Shown here: piece by piece, positions 46,121 through 58,949 of the stretch
How the letters are laid out: each line of letters begins with the position of its first letter
Numbering within the stretch: the first letter of the stretch is position 1
Assembly: GCF_022846255.1 (NCBI RefSeq)
Contig: NZ_AP025682.1
Origin: Escherichia coli
GTDB lineage: Bacteria; Pseudomonadota; Gammaproteobacteria; Enterobacterales; Enterobacteriaceae
Strand: one strand, 5' to 3'
Length of the DNA: 64,000 nt
Made by a program: the position numbers and the translations under genes
Notes under the pieces: model-generated
The model's database searches: none
Told to the model about the DNA's origin: nothing
The model's input: the letters and a program-made list of their open reading frames with translations, nothing else

Positions 46121-47638
46121 ATGAATAACTCTCAGGTACTCAAACTCAATAATCTGGATGATGTTGTGATTGCCATAACAGAGCTTCCTGCCGGAAGCTG
46201 GTTGAAGGCAGAAAATATCGAAACGCGTGACCTTATTCCGGCCGGACACAAAATTGCTCTTCGTGATATTCCTGCTGGTAGTGCGGTTAAGCGCTATGGA
46301 CAAATTATCGGCTTTGCCACTCGTGATATCCGCCAGGGGGAACATATTCATGTTCATAATCTCGGTATGGGAAATTTTGAACGTGATTATGCCTGGGGAA
46401 TAGACAGCCATCTTCCTGAGCGGGATGTCCATCAGGATACTTTTATGGGGATCAGAAGAAAAGACGGGCGAGTGGCAACCCGTAATTTTATCGGTGTGCT
46501 GAGTTCGGTGAACTGTAGCGCAACCGTGGTCAGAGCCATTGAGGATCATTTCCGTACCCGAGGCCTGAGCGATTACCCGAATGTTGATGGTATTGTCGCA
46601 TTGCCTCAGAGCTTCGGCTGCGCCTTTGGCTCTAATACTGAAATGATGAAAGTCATGCGGAGAACGATAGCAGGCTATGCCACTCACGTAAACTTTGCCG
46701 GGATTGTGATAGTGGGACTGGGATGTGAATCATTCCAGATTAAGGACATGATGAATGCCCATGGACTACATGAAAACCCGATGTTTCATACACTGACAAT
46801 TCAGGAAAGTGGCGGAACACGCAACGCTATCGAAAAGGGTATTTCGTTTATTCTTGATATGCTGCCGGAAGCCAACAATGTTAAACGTGAACCTGTTCCA
46901 GTGTCAGAAATTATCCTGGCCCTTGAGTGTGGTGGCTCAGACAGTTACTCAGGAATTTCTGCCAACCCGGCACTCGGTTATGCAGTTGATCGTCTGGTCC
47001 GTCAGGGAGGGACGGCCATTCTGTCCGAAACATCAGAAATCTACGGAGCTGAGCATCTTCTGACACGCCGTGCTATTAATCGTGAAGTGGGAGAAAAGCT
47101 AATCCGCAGGATTAAGTGGTGGGAGGAGTACTGTAAACGTACGGGTAGTGAAATGAATAACAATCCCTCCGCAGGTAATAAAGCGGGAGGGCTGACTACT
47201 GTTCTGGAGAAATCACTGGGTGGAATCGCTAAAGCCGGGACAACCAGCTTAATGGATGTGTATGAATATGCTGAACCTGTAACAGCAAAAGGGCTTGTCT
47301 TTATGGATACCCCCGGGTACGACCCGATGGCGGTAACTGGGCAAATTGCCGGAGGCGCTAATCTACTGTGTTTTACCACGGGTAGGGGATCTGCCTTTGG
47401 AGCAAAACCCACGCCTTGTCTGAAACTGGCGACCAATAATGCATTATGGCAACGACAGCGTGATGACATGGATTTAAACTGTGGCACGATCGTTGATGGT
47501 GAAGAAACGATTGAACAGGTAGGGGAACGTATTTATCAGAGAATTATTGAGCTGGCTTCAGGTAACCGTAGCCGAAGTGAAGAACTTGGGTATGGGAGTC
47601 TGGAATTTGTTCCTTGGATAATGAACTCAATAATGTAA
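46121..47638 (+). CDS. UxaA/GarD-family sugar-acid dehydratase (altronate/galactarate dehydratase-like)
   Basis: 505-aa ORF with a GAGGGA RBS; N-terminal SAF-like domain and C-terminal dehydratase domain by recalled similarity. Confidence 0.7.
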   Translation: MNNSQVLKLNNLDDVVIAITELPAGSWLKAENIETRDLIPAGHKIALRDIPAGSAVKRYGQIIGFATRDIRQGEHIHVHNLGMGNFERDYAWGIDSHLPERDVHQDTFMGIRRKDGRVATRNFIGVLSSVNCSATVVRAIEDHFRTRGLSDYPNVDGIVALPQSFGCAFGSNTEMMKVMRRTIAGYATHVNFAGIVIVGLGCESFQIKDMMNAHGLHENPMFHTLTIQESGGTRNAIEKGISFILDMLPEANNVKREPVPVSEIILALECGGSDSYSGISANPALGYAVDRLVRQGGTAILSETSEIYGAEHLLTRRAINREVGEKLIRRIKWWEEYCKRTGSEMNNNPSAGNKAGGLTTVLEKSLGGIAKAGTTSLMDVYEYAEPVTAKGLVFMDTPGYDPMAVTGQIAGGANLLCFTTGRGSAFGAKPTPCLKLATNNALWQRQRDDMDLNCGTIVDGEETIEQVGERIYQRIIELASGNRSRSEELGYGSLEFVPWIMNSIM

Positions 47639-47705
47639 TAACACAGGGCAGAGTTTATCCTGCCCTGTTGAAGTAAACACCGTTTTAGATAATTAGAGGT
47701 GAATA

Positions 47706-48713
47706 ATGGAACAGAAACCTGTGTTGGGAATTTTTTTAGGTGAAGCTGCCGGTATCGGACCAGAATTGATTGCTAAGGTTGTTGCTGATGGTACTGTCTA
47801 TAAATATTGCAGACCCGTTCTGATTGGTGATGCCCGTGTTCTTGCTCTTGGACAAAAGATTGCGGGTGTTCATTTTCAATGGGATGTAATAAGTGACCCA
47901 TCAGAGGCAGACTGGAGCACAGGAAATGTACCATTACTTGATTTAAAAAATTTCAACCCCGAAAAACTAACTATGGGGACCATTGATACCGATTCAGGTT
48001 ATGCAACCGGGGAATCATTGGTAACCTGTATGTCATTACTCAAATCAGGAAAGATTGATGGTTTTGTTTTTGCTCCATTGAATAAAGAGGCGTTCAAGAA
48101 AGGGGGCTGGGATATTGAAGACGAACATTATCTGTTTGCAGAGCAGTTAGGATGCCTGGATAGACCTCGCGGCCTGTTGAATGTCCTGGATGATCTCTGG
48201 GTTTTCCGTGTGACCGGACATATTCCGTTCAAAGATATTGCCAGCCATATTACTCCAGAAAATGTTAGCCGTTCGATTCAGTTATGCTATGACACACTAC
48301 GTATGGCAGCTATTGAAAATCCGCGAATTGCAGTTGCTGCACTTAATCCCCACGCCGGGGATGGTGGAACCTGCGGCACCGAAGAAATAGACGTGCTCAT
48401 TCCAGTAATTGAAAGTTTTCGAAAGAAAGGAATGGACATGTATGGGCCAGTTCCAGGTGACACCATTTTTATTCATGCGTTTAATCATGAATATGATGCG
48501 GTTGTTACCCTGTTCCATGACCAGGGACAAATTGCTACTAAACTGCATTCCTTTGACGTGGGAATAACTGTTGCCGCAGGACTTCCGTTCGCTATTACAA
48601 CACCAGAACATGGCACTGCATTTGATATTGCAGGTAAGGGGATCGCAAAAACAATGGCTACAGAGAGGGCTATTGCCGTGGCGGCCAGAATGGCTTCTAC
48701 AACACATAAATAA
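47706..48713 (+). CDS. PdxA-family NAD-dependent dehydrogenase/decarboxylase (4-hydroxythreonine-4-phosphate dehydrogenase-like)
   Basis: 335-aa ORF; PdxA-like motifs (NPHAGDGG, HDQG). Confidence 0.7.
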   Translation: MEQKPVLGIFLGEAAGIGPELIAKVVADGTVYKYCRPVLIGDARVLALGQKIAGVHFQWDVISDPSEADWSTGNVPLLDLKNFNPEKLTMGTIDTDSGYATGESLVTCMSLLKSGKIDGFVFAPLNKEAFKKGGWDIEDEHYLFAEQLGCLDRPRGLLNVLDDLWVFRVTGHIPFKDIASHITPENVSRSIQLCYDTLRMAAIENPRIAVAALNPHAGDGGTCGTEEIDVLIPVIESFRKKGMDMYGPVPGDTIFIHAFNHEYDAVVTLFHDQGQIATKLHSFDVGITVAAGLPFAITTPEHGTAFDIAGKGIAKTMATERAIAVAARMASTTHK

Positions 48714-48983
48714 AAATTCATAATAGCAGATAATATAATGTCTAATCTATACAGATAGATGTGAATATTATCTGCGTTATAATAAACTGTATAAGGCTAT
48801 TATAAATAACAGTCGGTGTTTTGATAAGTTGCTGGTTGTTATATCTTTAAAACGAGTTGATGATATTTATTTACTAGATATTCAGTGCGATTATAGCAGT
48901 ACTGTATCGCAAGAAAATAGCAGTGCTGGGGAAGTAGAAAGAATAAATTGCGATTTGCATGCTCATAGATAAGGATAGATCTC

Positions 48984-50342
48984 ATGTATTCAGAATCATT
49001 TGTGATGATAAGTGGGCTTGTTGCAATAGTTATACTTATCATCTTGATCACCCGATTTAAGCTTCATCCTTTTTTTTCATTGCTTATATCGTCTGTATTT
49101 TTGGGAATTGTGAACAATATTGGAGTGGCGAAAAGTGTAGATATATTTACGCACGGGTTTGGTAGTCAACTGTCTGTCACGGGGGTAGTTATCGGCTTAG
49201 GCGCAATGTTGGGGGGGCTATTGGTACAGTCTGGAGGAGGGGACAAAATAGCCGATATTATTATTGGGTCTAGAAAAATTGTTTGGATGCCTCTGTGTAT
49301 TGGTATAGTTTCGTTAATCATCGGTCTACCTAACTTGTTTGAAGTTACTTTTGTACTGATGGTACCCCTTGTGTTCTCTATTACCAAACGTTTGGGGTTA
49401 CCTGTTCTCAGAGTTGCACTCCCAATGTCTGCAGGATTAATGACAGCTCATGCGTTATTACCGCCTGGTCCGGCAACTATTATCGCTGCTACGGCTTATG
49501 GTGCCAGCATCGGAGAAACTACGCTTTATGGGGTGATTATTAGTATACCTGTTCTACTCTCAGGAGCTTATCTTTTCCCAAAAATAATGCACAAACATCT
49601 TAACGTGGGAGAACCTTTGGCACTGAATGAAACTGAACATAGACGGGGAAATAACGAACGTCAATTATATCGCCAACCATCGCTGACTGTCGCTTTGATA
49701 ACAGTTATGATCGCCCCTTGTCTGATGATTGTTGGGACTATTGGACTTGACTTTTTGCCAAAAACAGGTGTGGTCACAGAGGTATTCCAGGCACTAGGCA
49801 ATCCAGTAATAACTCTTGGACTTGCTCTGGTTTATGCCATGATATTTCTGGGACGGGGAGTGGGTTTTAGTAATGAAGAAATCCTGTCTATCAGTAAGAA
49901 AAGTATTGTGCCTATTGTTGGTTTGTTGCTAATTATCGGTGGAGGCGGTGGATTAAAAAACATACTAACAGCAATTGGTCTAAGTGATATTATCAGTAAC
50001 TTTGCTACGGATTGGTCTATTCCTCCGCTATTATTTGCATGGCTGGTGGCAGCTATTTTCCGCATTGCGCTTGGCTCTGGAACGGTGGCGGTCTCAGCTT
50101 CAGGAGGAATCGTTGCCGCGTTACTTACAGCACATCCAGAAACTAACGCAGCTCTATTGGTACTTTCAACTACGACTGGGGCAATGATTTTTTCACATGT
50201 CAGTGATGGGGCATTTTGGTTATTCAAAGAATACTTTGGACTTAGCGTACCACAAACTATTCGCACATGGAGTTATTTAGTCACGATACAGTCCATTGTC
50301 GGGCTTATAGGTGTATTGGTTCTAGGCGCTATTCTCAGTTAG
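48984..50342 (+). CDS. GntP-family sugar-acid permease
   Basis: 452-aa hydrophobic ORF with GntP-like topology and motifs. Confidence 0.7.
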   Translation: MYSESFVMISGLVAIVILIILITRFKLHPFFSLLISSVFLGIVNNIGVAKSVDIFTHGFGSQLSVTGVVIGLGAMLGGLLVQSGGGDKIADIIIGSRKIVWMPLCIGIVSLIIGLPNLFEVTFVLMVPLVFSITKRLGLPVLRVALPMSAGLMTAHALLPPGPATIIAATAYGASIGETTLYGVIISIPVLLSGAYLFPKIMHKHLNVGEPLALNETEHRRGNNERQLYRQPSLTVALITVMIAPCLMIVGTIGLDFLPKTGVVTEVFQALGNPVITLGLALVYAMIFLGRGVGFSNEEILSISKKSIVPIVGLLLIIGGGGGLKNILTAIGLSDIISNFATDWSIPPLLFAWLVAAIFRIALGSGTVAVSASGGIVAALLTAHPETNAALLVLSTTTGAMIFSHVSDGAFWLFKEYFGLSVPQTIRTWSYLVTIQSIVGLIGVLVLGAILS

Positions 50343-50427
50343 TGGTTCTGTATTCAATATATAAGAAAGCAATATCAAGTTTTAACATCTTTAATTTAAT
50401 AGATATAGTATTAAAGGAGAGTAATTT

Positions 50428-51693
50428 ATGTCCTCCAATGAGAAAGCAACAAATATAAGATGGAGAATATTTTTTGTACTTTTTCTTCTTGTTGTTGTCA
50501 GTATGATTGATCGAGCCTCAATATCTATAGCTATGCCTACTATCGCTAAAGATTTGGGATTAAGCGATACGATGCAGGGATTAATACTAAGCGGTTTTTT
50601 CTGGACTTATGCTTGTATGCAAATACCCGGTGGGTTTCTGGCCGATAAATTTGGGGCAAGAATTGTACTGACATGTTCTGCCATTATTTGGGGAACTGCA
50701 GAAGCCTTATTAGGATTATGCCCAACAGGTTTCGCTTTACTTGCTGCTAATCTATTGCTTGGTGCAAGTGAAGCACCTGTGTTTCCCTCAGGCGCTAGAC
50801 TTAATGCAATTTGGTTAAATAAAAATGAAAGAGCTCGTGGAGCAACATTAATGGATGCCGGAGGTCCATTTGGGGCTGCAATTGGTGGAATATTAGTAGC
50901 TGAAATGATGCTTTATTTTGCATCGTGGCGGGTTACATTCATTATCTGTGGTGTTGCGGCTATCACTCTGGGGTTAATAGCTTACTGGATTATTCGCGAC
51001 AAACCTGAAGATTCACCAAATGTAAATGATAAAGAATTAAGTATTATTAATCTCGATCGTGTTGAGCAACATATAGTAGCAGAAAACAATGAGCCATTAT
51101 TAAAGGTTATTCCTCTACGTTCTTTTATTGGTATGCTTTTAGGTCGTTGTTCATGGGCAATGTGTTTCTTTGGTTTATTAACCTGGGGACCAGGATATCT
51201 TACACGAGCATTAAATCTGGATTTAAAAGCTGTTGGTTTTGCCACAATGATTATATTTTGCGCAGGTGGTTGTGGTAGTCTTTGTGGCGGATGGCTGGCA
51301 GATAAACTCGCAAGTAAAGGATTTGGGCGAGCTAGAACGTGTAAATTTCTATTAACTGTATCAGGTATCTGTACACTAATATCATTTGCTTTATTACCAA
51401 GCATACCAGATGTAAAAACATCAATTATTCTGCTGTCCTGCGCCGCGTTTGTTTTGATGTGGGGTAGTATGTACTGGACGTTTCCTCCTTTATTAGCTCC
51501 CCGTTCCCGTGTAGCTACTGTCGGGGGCATGATGAATATGGCTGGAAGTGTTGGAGGTATTTGCATTCCACTATTGGTAGGACTTATTTTGGATGTGACG
51601 AACTCATTCAATCCTGTACTCTACTTTTTTGCTGGTTGTGCTGTAATATTTATTTTAATGACTAATATTATCGATTTACGACACGTGCGATAG
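50428..51693 (+). CDS. MFS transporter (anionic sugar/sugar-acid type)
   Basis: 421-aa ORF with an AAGGAGAG RBS; 12 TM segments. Confidence 0.75.
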   Translation: MSSNEKATNIRWRIFFVLFLLVVVSMIDRASISIAMPTIAKDLGLSDTMQGLILSGFFWTYACMQIPGGFLADKFGARIVLTCSAIIWGTAEALLGLCPTGFALLAANLLLGASEAPVFPSGARLNAIWLNKNERARGATLMDAGGPFGAAIGGILVAEMMLYFASWRVTFIICGVAAITLGLIAYWIIRDKPEDSPNVNDKELSIINLDRVEQHIVAENNEPLLKVIPLRSFIGMLLGRCSWAMCFFGLLTWGPGYLTRALNLDLKAVGFATMIIFCAGGCGSLCGGWLADKLASKGFGRARTCKFLLTVSGICTLISFALLPSIPDVKTSIILLSCAAFVLMWGSMYWTFPPLLAPRSRVATVGGMMNMAGSVGGICIPLLVGLILDVTNSFNPVLYFFAGCAVIFILMTNIIDLRHVR

Positions 51694-51702
51694 GAGATAA
51701 AC

Positions 51703-52653
51703 ATGAACATCAAGCCACTAAATTTATATGATGGCCCTGTAATTGATGCGCATCATCACTTCTGGGATCCGATAGAAAATGATCATCCTTGGCTAAAGCC
51801 GGATGTTTTAATTCCTTTTAGATATGGTGATTATACGGCGATTAAGAAAAAATATTATCCTGAAGATTATTTTGCAGATGTAGGTGATATTAATGTCGTT
51901 GAAACCTGTTATATGGAGACTGAATGGAATCCAGCGGATCCATGTGGTGAAAGCGATTTCATTACATCAGTAGCAAAAATGACAGGTTATCCAAATGCTG
52001 TTGTCGGACAGGCTTGGTTAAATCATGATGATATAGATTCTGTGTTGAAGATGCAGAGTTCATATGAGTTGATGCGAAGCATCAGGCATAAGCCAGAGGG
52101 GCCTGATAAACCAGAGGATGTTGGATCGTATACAACTCTGATGAGTGATGAAAGATGGCGATATGGGTATTCATTACTTTCAAAATACAATCTAATGTTT
52201 GATCTGCAAACCCAGTGGTGGAATTTGCATGAAGCTGTAAAACTGGCAAATGATTTCCCAGACACAGTAATAATCCTTAATCATACAGGGCTCCCTGCAC
52301 AACGTTCTGTTGAAGGGTTGGCCGGGTGGCATTCAGCAATGGCTTCTTTGGCTGAATGTGAAAATGTGATGGTTAAAATATCGGGTATAGGTTTAAAAGG
52401 GATTCCATGGACAGTGGAGAATAATCTATGGATAATATCTGAAACGTTATCAATGTTTGGTCCTGACAGGGTCATGTTTGCAAGTAATTTCCCCGTGGAC
52501 AGTCTTTGTGGCAGTTTCAGTGATATATTTCATGGCTTTATGACTGTTTGCGAGATGAAAGGGTATTCACATGCGGCTCAGCGGAAAATGTTTCATGACA
52601 ATTGTAAGAGAATCTATCGAACAATCCCACCAAGTGAATTGAAGGAAGTATAG
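51703..52653 (+). CDS. Amidohydrolase-2 family metal-dependent hydrolase (lactonase/decarboxylase-like TIM barrel)
   Basis: 316-aa ORF with an AGGAGA RBS; N-terminal HHHFWD metal-binding motif. Confidence 0.65.
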   Translation: MNIKPLNLYDGPVIDAHHHFWDPIENDHPWLKPDVLIPFRYGDYTAIKKKYYPEDYFADVGDINVVETCYMETEWNPADPCGESDFITSVAKMTGYPNAVVGQAWLNHDDIDSVLKMQSSYELMRSIRHKPEGPDKPEDVGSYTTLMSDERWRYGYSLLSKYNLMFDLQTQWWNLHEAVKLANDFPDTVIILNHTGLPAQRSVEGLAGWHSAMASLAECENVMVKISGIGLKGIPWTVENNLWIISETLSMFGPDRVMFASNFPVDSLCGSFSDIFHGFMTVCEMKGYSHAAQRKMFHDNCKRIYRTIPPSELKEV

Positions 52654-52805
52654 CTGATAATCATATTTAATGATATCTGAGGTTTATTATTGTATAACTC
52701 ATGGAAATTCATGATTCGTAAATGTGAGTTATATCTATATGCTGTTGAATAGTGATACGCAAGAAGCACATAAAAATATAACATAATAATACTCCGTAAA
52801 CATTT

Positions 52806-52832
52806 CCCCCTTTTAAAAGAGGGGGAGTTTTT
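52806..52832 (+). terminator. Rho-independent terminator after the sugar-acid operon
   Basis: Hairpin CCCCCTTTT/AAAGAGGGGG followed by TTTTT, about 150 bp after the amidohydrolase stop. Confidence 0.5.
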
Positions 52833-52972
52833 ATTGTCATTGCTATACCATAGCTTGGAGAGGATTATTGGAATGGTAGAAGAGTCATTATGAGATAATA
52901 TTATTATCTGAGCTGGCCCCCTGAAATACCAGACAGTAGATGTATCTTAAAATAAGAGATAGGCTTGGATAT

Positions 52973-53368
52973 ATGTCTAACACTAGTTCTAATTTTGAGA
53001 TGGCTGGCGTTTTGTTAGGAAAAGAGGTGCGTAAACGTAAAACACCTCAGGAAAAAATCGCAATTATTCAACAGACTATGGAGCCGGGCATGATGGTGTC
53101 CCACGTGGCGCGTTTGCATGGAATTCAGCCCAGTCTGTTGTTTAAGTGGAAGAAACAATACCAGGAAGGAAGCCTCACTGCTGTGGCTGCCGGTGAAGAC
53201 GTTGTTCCTGCTTCTGAACTGACCGCTGCAATAAAGCAGATTAATCAGCTTCAGCGTTTACTGGGTAAGAAAACCATGGAAGTTGAGATCCTCAAAGAAG
53301 CGGTGGAGTATGCACAATCGCGAAAATGGATAGCGCATGTGCCCTTGTTACCTTCGGACAAGGAATAG
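52973..53368 (+). CDS. IS2-group transposase orfA (InsC-like HTH protein)
   Basis: [50 protein letters not shown]... parallels IS2 InsC. Confidence 0.7.
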   Translation: MSNTSSNFEMAGVLLGKEVRKRKTPQEKIAIIQQTMEPGMMVSHVARLHGIQPSLLFKWKKQYQEGSLTAVAAGEDVVPASELTAAIKQINQLQRLLGKKTMEVEILKEAVEYAQSRKWIAHVPLLPSDKE

Positions 53369-54207
53369 CCCCGGTAAGCCGTGTTCTGGGCGTGTCACGT
53401 GCGCAGTTAACATTACGGATGAAGGCATCTGATAACAAGCCAGATAAACGGCGCCAGAGGCGCGATGAGGCTGCGGATGCAGAAGTCTTATCGCGCATCC
53501 TGGATATCATTGGCGATATGCCAGCATACGGGTATCGCCGTGTCTGGGCGATACTCAGGCGGCAGTCCCGAAATGAAGGACTACCGTTCGTGAATGCAAA
53601 GCGTGTTTACCGGATAATGAGCGAAAATAGTCTGTTGTTGTTACATGACAAACCATCACGACGGCAGCGGGAACATAAAGGCCGAATATCGGTGAAGGAA
53701 AGCGACCAGCGTTGGTGTTCCGATGGCTTTGAGTTCGGTTGCGATGATGGCGAAAAACTGCGTGTTACGTTCGTCCTGGACTGTTGCGATCGTGAAGCCA
53801 TAGACTGGGTCGCAAGCACGGGAGGTTACGATAAAGCGACAGTGCAGGATGTGATGTTAGGAGCGATAGAAAAACGCTTTGGCGATAAAGTACCGGAACA
53901 GTCCATCCAGTGGCTGACAGATAACGGTTCAGCGTACAGAGCGCATGAAACACGGCAGTTCGCCAGAGAGCTGAATCTGAAGCCCTGCACAACAGCAATC
54001 AGTAGCCCTCAGAGTAATGGAATGGCAGAACGGTTCGTGAAAACGATGAAGGAAGACTACATCGCGTTCATGCCGAAACCGAATGTAAGAACGGCATTGC
54101 ATAACCTTGCAGTGGCGATCGAGCATTACAATGAAAACCATCCGCATAGTGCGTTGGGTTATCGCTCTCCGCGAGAATATCGACGTCAGCGGGTAATGTT
54201 AACTTAA
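53326..54207 (+). CDS. IS2-group transposase orfB (InsD-like DDE domain)
   Basis: 293-aa ORF overlapping orfA in the -1 frame, as in IS3-family programmed frameshifting. Confidence 0.75.
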   Translation: MDSACALVTFGQGIAPVSRVLGVSRAQLTLRMKASDNKPDKRRQRRDEAADAEVLSRILDIIGDMPAYGYRRVWAILRRQSRNEGLPFVNAKRVYRIMSENSLLLLHDKPSRRQREHKGRISVKESDQRWCSDGFEFGCDDGEKLRVTFVLDCCDREAIDWVASTGGYDKATVQDVMLGAIEKRFGDKVPEQSIQWLTDNGSAYRAHETRQFARELNLKPCTTAISSPQSNGMAERFVKTMKEDYIAFMPKPNVRTALHNLAVAIEHYNENHPHSALGYRSPREYRRQRVMLT

Positions 54208-54311
54208 GATACAACCCCTGTCTGGAAATAAGGGGGCAAGAACACCGTCTCAGATCTGTTTTCAATGAAAACAGATCATTCTGGAACTACTCGTCCCAGT
54301 TACTTGAAGCG

Positions 54312-55397
54312 ATGTCCATTCTTCGTCCGAACGAAAATCTTGCAGCAGCTCTCAGCGATGATTCAGAGTTCAGCAATAGCATGCAGTTCAGGTTAATCCT
54401 GGCAAAGACTGTTGATGCAGGAGCCCCGGTTCCAGCGGATCTGGCTCTGACGTGGGTGACAAACCATATTGAATACTCATTACGAACCCCCGCCCGCCGC
54501 TGTGCGAAAGAATTTGCTGCACTATTTAAACGGCGTTACACCCTTAAATACGGTGAAGGGATGGTAGTGAAGCCGAATAAAGCGCGTCTGCGTTTAGATT
54601 ACACGCCTGCAAGTCCCAGTTTGAGAGGTATTCGGCTTCCTGTTCCTGACTTGCCTGATCCAAGTGCATTGAAAGGCCCTGTTCAGAAGCTTATGACTCT
54701 TGCTGATATATGCACAGATGAACTGGATGCTTACAGTCGTTACCTTGGTAGAAAAGGCACTTCAGCAAATGATACCGCTGCAATTTTGTTGCTGCCTTCA
54801 GAAATCGTTAACGAAAGCGCAGATAAATTATTAAGTGCATTCAAACGCTGGGCTGATGACGCGATCCTCAGTAAGGGGGGAGTAGTTTCAGTTGCTGACT
54901 TCTGGTCACACATGAATGCTACCTGTCCGGCAAAGATCAACAAAAAAGAGGCCGACTTGATGCAGGCCTTTGCACAGAAAATGGGGTACTGCCTGGCTCC
55001 TGACCCCTATTACCACCACGTAAAAGCAAATGTCGATGGTGTTCTTGTTTTATTCCCTGCTGGTGAAAGTGGCCGCTTCTCTCCTTCTCCTGAATTTATC
55101 ACAGCTGTATTGACGCTCCGATTAGGTTCGGTAGTCGCCTTGATTGACAATTCTTTCGATCAAGCCGAACAGAAAGTGCTTGAGAATGCCATCAACAACA
55201 ATGTCAGCTTCAGCGATGATGAAAAGCGCTCTCTGCACGCATATTTAACGTGGCAGCTTCATACCCCGGCGAATATGACGGGAATGAAAAGCCGGATTGA
55301 ATTACTCGGTGCAGCGGAAAAATCAGCTGTGGGTAAGGTTATCGTTAGTGTCGCTTGCTCTGACGGCAGAATTACGCCTGCCGAAATCAAACTGTAG
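54312..55397 (+). pseudogene. IS-flanked gene fragment, possibly a TerB-like domain protein, 3'-truncated by the IS911 insertion
   Basis: 361-aa ORF lying exactly between the IS2-group right end and the IS911 left end. Its stop codon TAG lies within the first bases of the IS911 terminus. The TerB-like call rests only on the weak pattern DNSFDQAEQKVLENAINNN...DDEKRSL. Confidence 0.35.
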
Positions 55398-55464
55398 TGG
55401 CACACTGAATTTGGCCACCTGAACAGAGGTGATATGCTCACCTCAGAACAACACAGGTGCTCCA

Positions 55465-56633
<1,169 letters not shown>

Positions 56634-57056
56634 CCACTACAAATATCATTATATTGGAATAATTATAAAACTGAACAAAATGGTCAATGTAATCTGGTTA
56701 ATTTATAAATATTTACATTGCGTGATGATATTTAATTCCAGTGTTAAGTAATGTCACATGCCTATTATTGGTTACTACTTTGTAGGTGTTTTGGTTCGGC
56801 GTTAATATCATTGGTCATAATCACCTGTGAAAGTTTATTCTTGAAATGTTATAGGTATATTACTTGCAATTAAAAATGAGAAATTTATTATTATTGTGTT
56901 TTGCAAATATAATAATTAAAAATTTATTATAAATTATGATTAGAACTGACAATATAAAAGAATAATAAAACTCAATATGAAAATAATTATCATCTGGTAT
57001 GATACTTTTGCTGTTGATTACAGGAATAAAGTGTCAGAATAATATTGTTATTGGGT

Positions 57057-57084
57057 AAAAAAAGCCTCCACTATATGTGGAGGC
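57057..57084 (-). terminator. Strong Rho-independent terminator-like hairpin on the - strand in AT-rich DNA downstream of the integrase gene
   Basis: Perfect 8-bp inverted repeat GCCTCCAC/GTGGAGGC with loop TATAT, followed by a 7-T tract on the - strand. Confidence 0.45.
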
Positions 57085-57758
57085 AAACCCTTAGATAGTT
57101 CTATTGAGGCAAGTATGTTATAAATCTGCCTTATCTTTTATAGCATATAAAGATATGTATGCTATATTGTTTTTTGAAGAAATTTTTCCAGAAATTACAG
57201 TAATACAAGAAATATTAACCGGTGTGATTTTTGGATGTTTAATAAGTACAGTGTAGTGTACTTATATTTTTGTAATAAAGATGAACGCGTCCTTTAGATA
57301 AACTGAAAAATATTAAGCATGTCTCATGTGGTTTTCTGAATCAAAACTCTTTTCAGTCTTTGGTTTTTTGTTAAAAACAGGTTTATTGCAAGGGTGTTGT
57401 TGTGAAATGTGTTTTGGTGTCGTTGTGATTTTATGGTGATAATGTGAATTTTTATCCTTTCAAGATGGCTCCCTGGACGTTAAATACAGTGGAAATTTAT
57501 ATTAAGATATAAATATAACTATTGCGTTATTTAAATTATTGTCTATTACAGCTCCAGTTAATAGAGCCTGAAGTAATTTCTTAGTATTTCATCATAAGCG
57601 TTTATCTATCGTCTCTTTCTAAATTAACCGGTCGTATTACAAGGTGCTGAATCTGATTAAGGAATGATACTTAGGGGATTATGGCTGACTTAATAATTAG
57701 ATAACTGATAAATGACTATCAGGGGGATATCGTTAAGTCAGCCTTTAAAATCAAGCGA

Positions 57759-58949
57759 TTATATAGCTGGTGACTCTTTTCGAAGAGCATCAAGGTAGTC
57801 AGCGTACCATTGCATCATTTCTCGTCTTCCTTCAAGGTAACGAGCATGGTTGTATGTACCACGAATGCTGTTTTTGTCCGTATGTGCAAGTTGCATTTCA
57901 ATCCATGCACTATTGAATCCTTGCTCGTGTAGAACAGTACTCATTGTATGACGAAATCCATGCCCGGTAGCTTTTTTGTCATAGCCAATCTTCTTCAAAA
58001 CCATATTGACGCTTGCATCGCTGATAGGCCTGTTAACATCATTTCTTCCGGCAAAGATGTATCTGTATCTTCCAGTCAGTTCTTTGAGGATTTGCAGAGA
58101 CTGGATTGCCTGATCTGACAGAGGGACGATATGCTCCTTCCTCATTTTCATCCGGGTCGGAGGAACTTCCCATATCTTTTGGGTAAAATCGATCTCACAC
58201 CATTCCCCCATACGTAATTCTACTGTTCTCAGCCCTGTGAGCATCAACAATTTTGTAGCTTCACGGGTTACAATACTGCCGGTGTAGTTTTCGAGTTTGT
58301 ATAAAAACTCTGGTAGTTCAGGAGGAAGCAGGAAAGGGTAATGTGTTCGCTTATAGCTTTTCATTGCTATAACCAGATCAGAAGCTGGATTGTATCGTGC
58401 CCGACCTGTAACAATGGCATACCGAAACACTTCACCACATCGTTGGCGAACTTTATTAGCTAGCTCGCAGGCTCCTCGGCTTTCGATACGCTGAAGAACT
58501 GCGAGAAGTTCAAGAGGTTCGATTTCACTAATGGGTCTGTTTCCAATGTAGGGAAACACATTATTTTTGAATGCTCTGTCGACATAATCAGCGTAGCTGG
58601 CAGACCAGCCTGAAACTTTTGCGTTGTACCACTCGGTGGCGATTGCGGCAAAAGTTCTTCCTTCGGAAAGGTTTTTCTCAAGATTTTCAGCTTTCTTGAC
58701 TTCACCGGGATCTTTACCATCGGCATGTATTTTCTTGGCTTCATCCCGACGTTTGCGAGCTTCAGCCAATGTAATAGTTGGATAGGTGCCAAATGATAGT
58801 TTCTTTTCCTTCCCCGCATAGTGGTACTTCATTCGCCAGTACTTTGAGCCGTTAGGATTGACCTGAAGGTAGAGCCCACCACCATCGGCAATCTTATAAA
58901 TTTTATCTTTGGGTTTGGCTGTTTCAACTTGTCGAGCTGTCAGTGGCAT
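57759..58949 (-). CDS. P4-type tyrosine integrase
   Basis: Start placed at MPLTARQVETAKPKDKIYKIADGGGLYLQV (typical P4-Int N-terminus); C-terminal catalytic motifs HGFRHT...Y. Confidence 0.8.
   Translation of the reverse strand: MPLTARQVETAKPKDKIYKIADGGGLYLQVNPNGSKYWRMKYHYAGKEKKLSFGTYPTITLAEARKRRDEAKKIHADGKDPGEVKKAENLEKNLSEGRTFAAIATEWYNAKVSGWSASYADYVDRAFKNNVFPYIGNRPISEIEPLELLAVLQRIESRGACELANKVRQRCGEVFRYAIVTGRARYNPASDLVIAMKSYKRTHYPFLLPPELPEFLYKLENYTGSIVTREATKLLMLTGLRTVELRMGEWCEIDFTQKIWEVPPTRMKMRKEHIVPLSDQAIQSLQILKELTGRYRYIFAGRNDVNRPISDASVNMVLKKIGYDKKATGHGFRHTMSTVLHEQGFNSAWIEMQLAHTDKNSIRGTYNHARYLEGRREMMQWYADYLDALRKESPAI

Larger units (their letters stand above)
52909..54240 (+). mobile_element. 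IS2-group (IS3 family) insertion sequence, a diverged relative of IS2
   Basis: IS2-like terminal sequences (TGAGCTGGCCCCCTGAAATACCAGACA... / ...CTGGAAATAAGGGGGCAAG); orfA/orfB products about 65% identical by eye to the IS2 copy at 35.7 kb. Confidence 0.75.
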
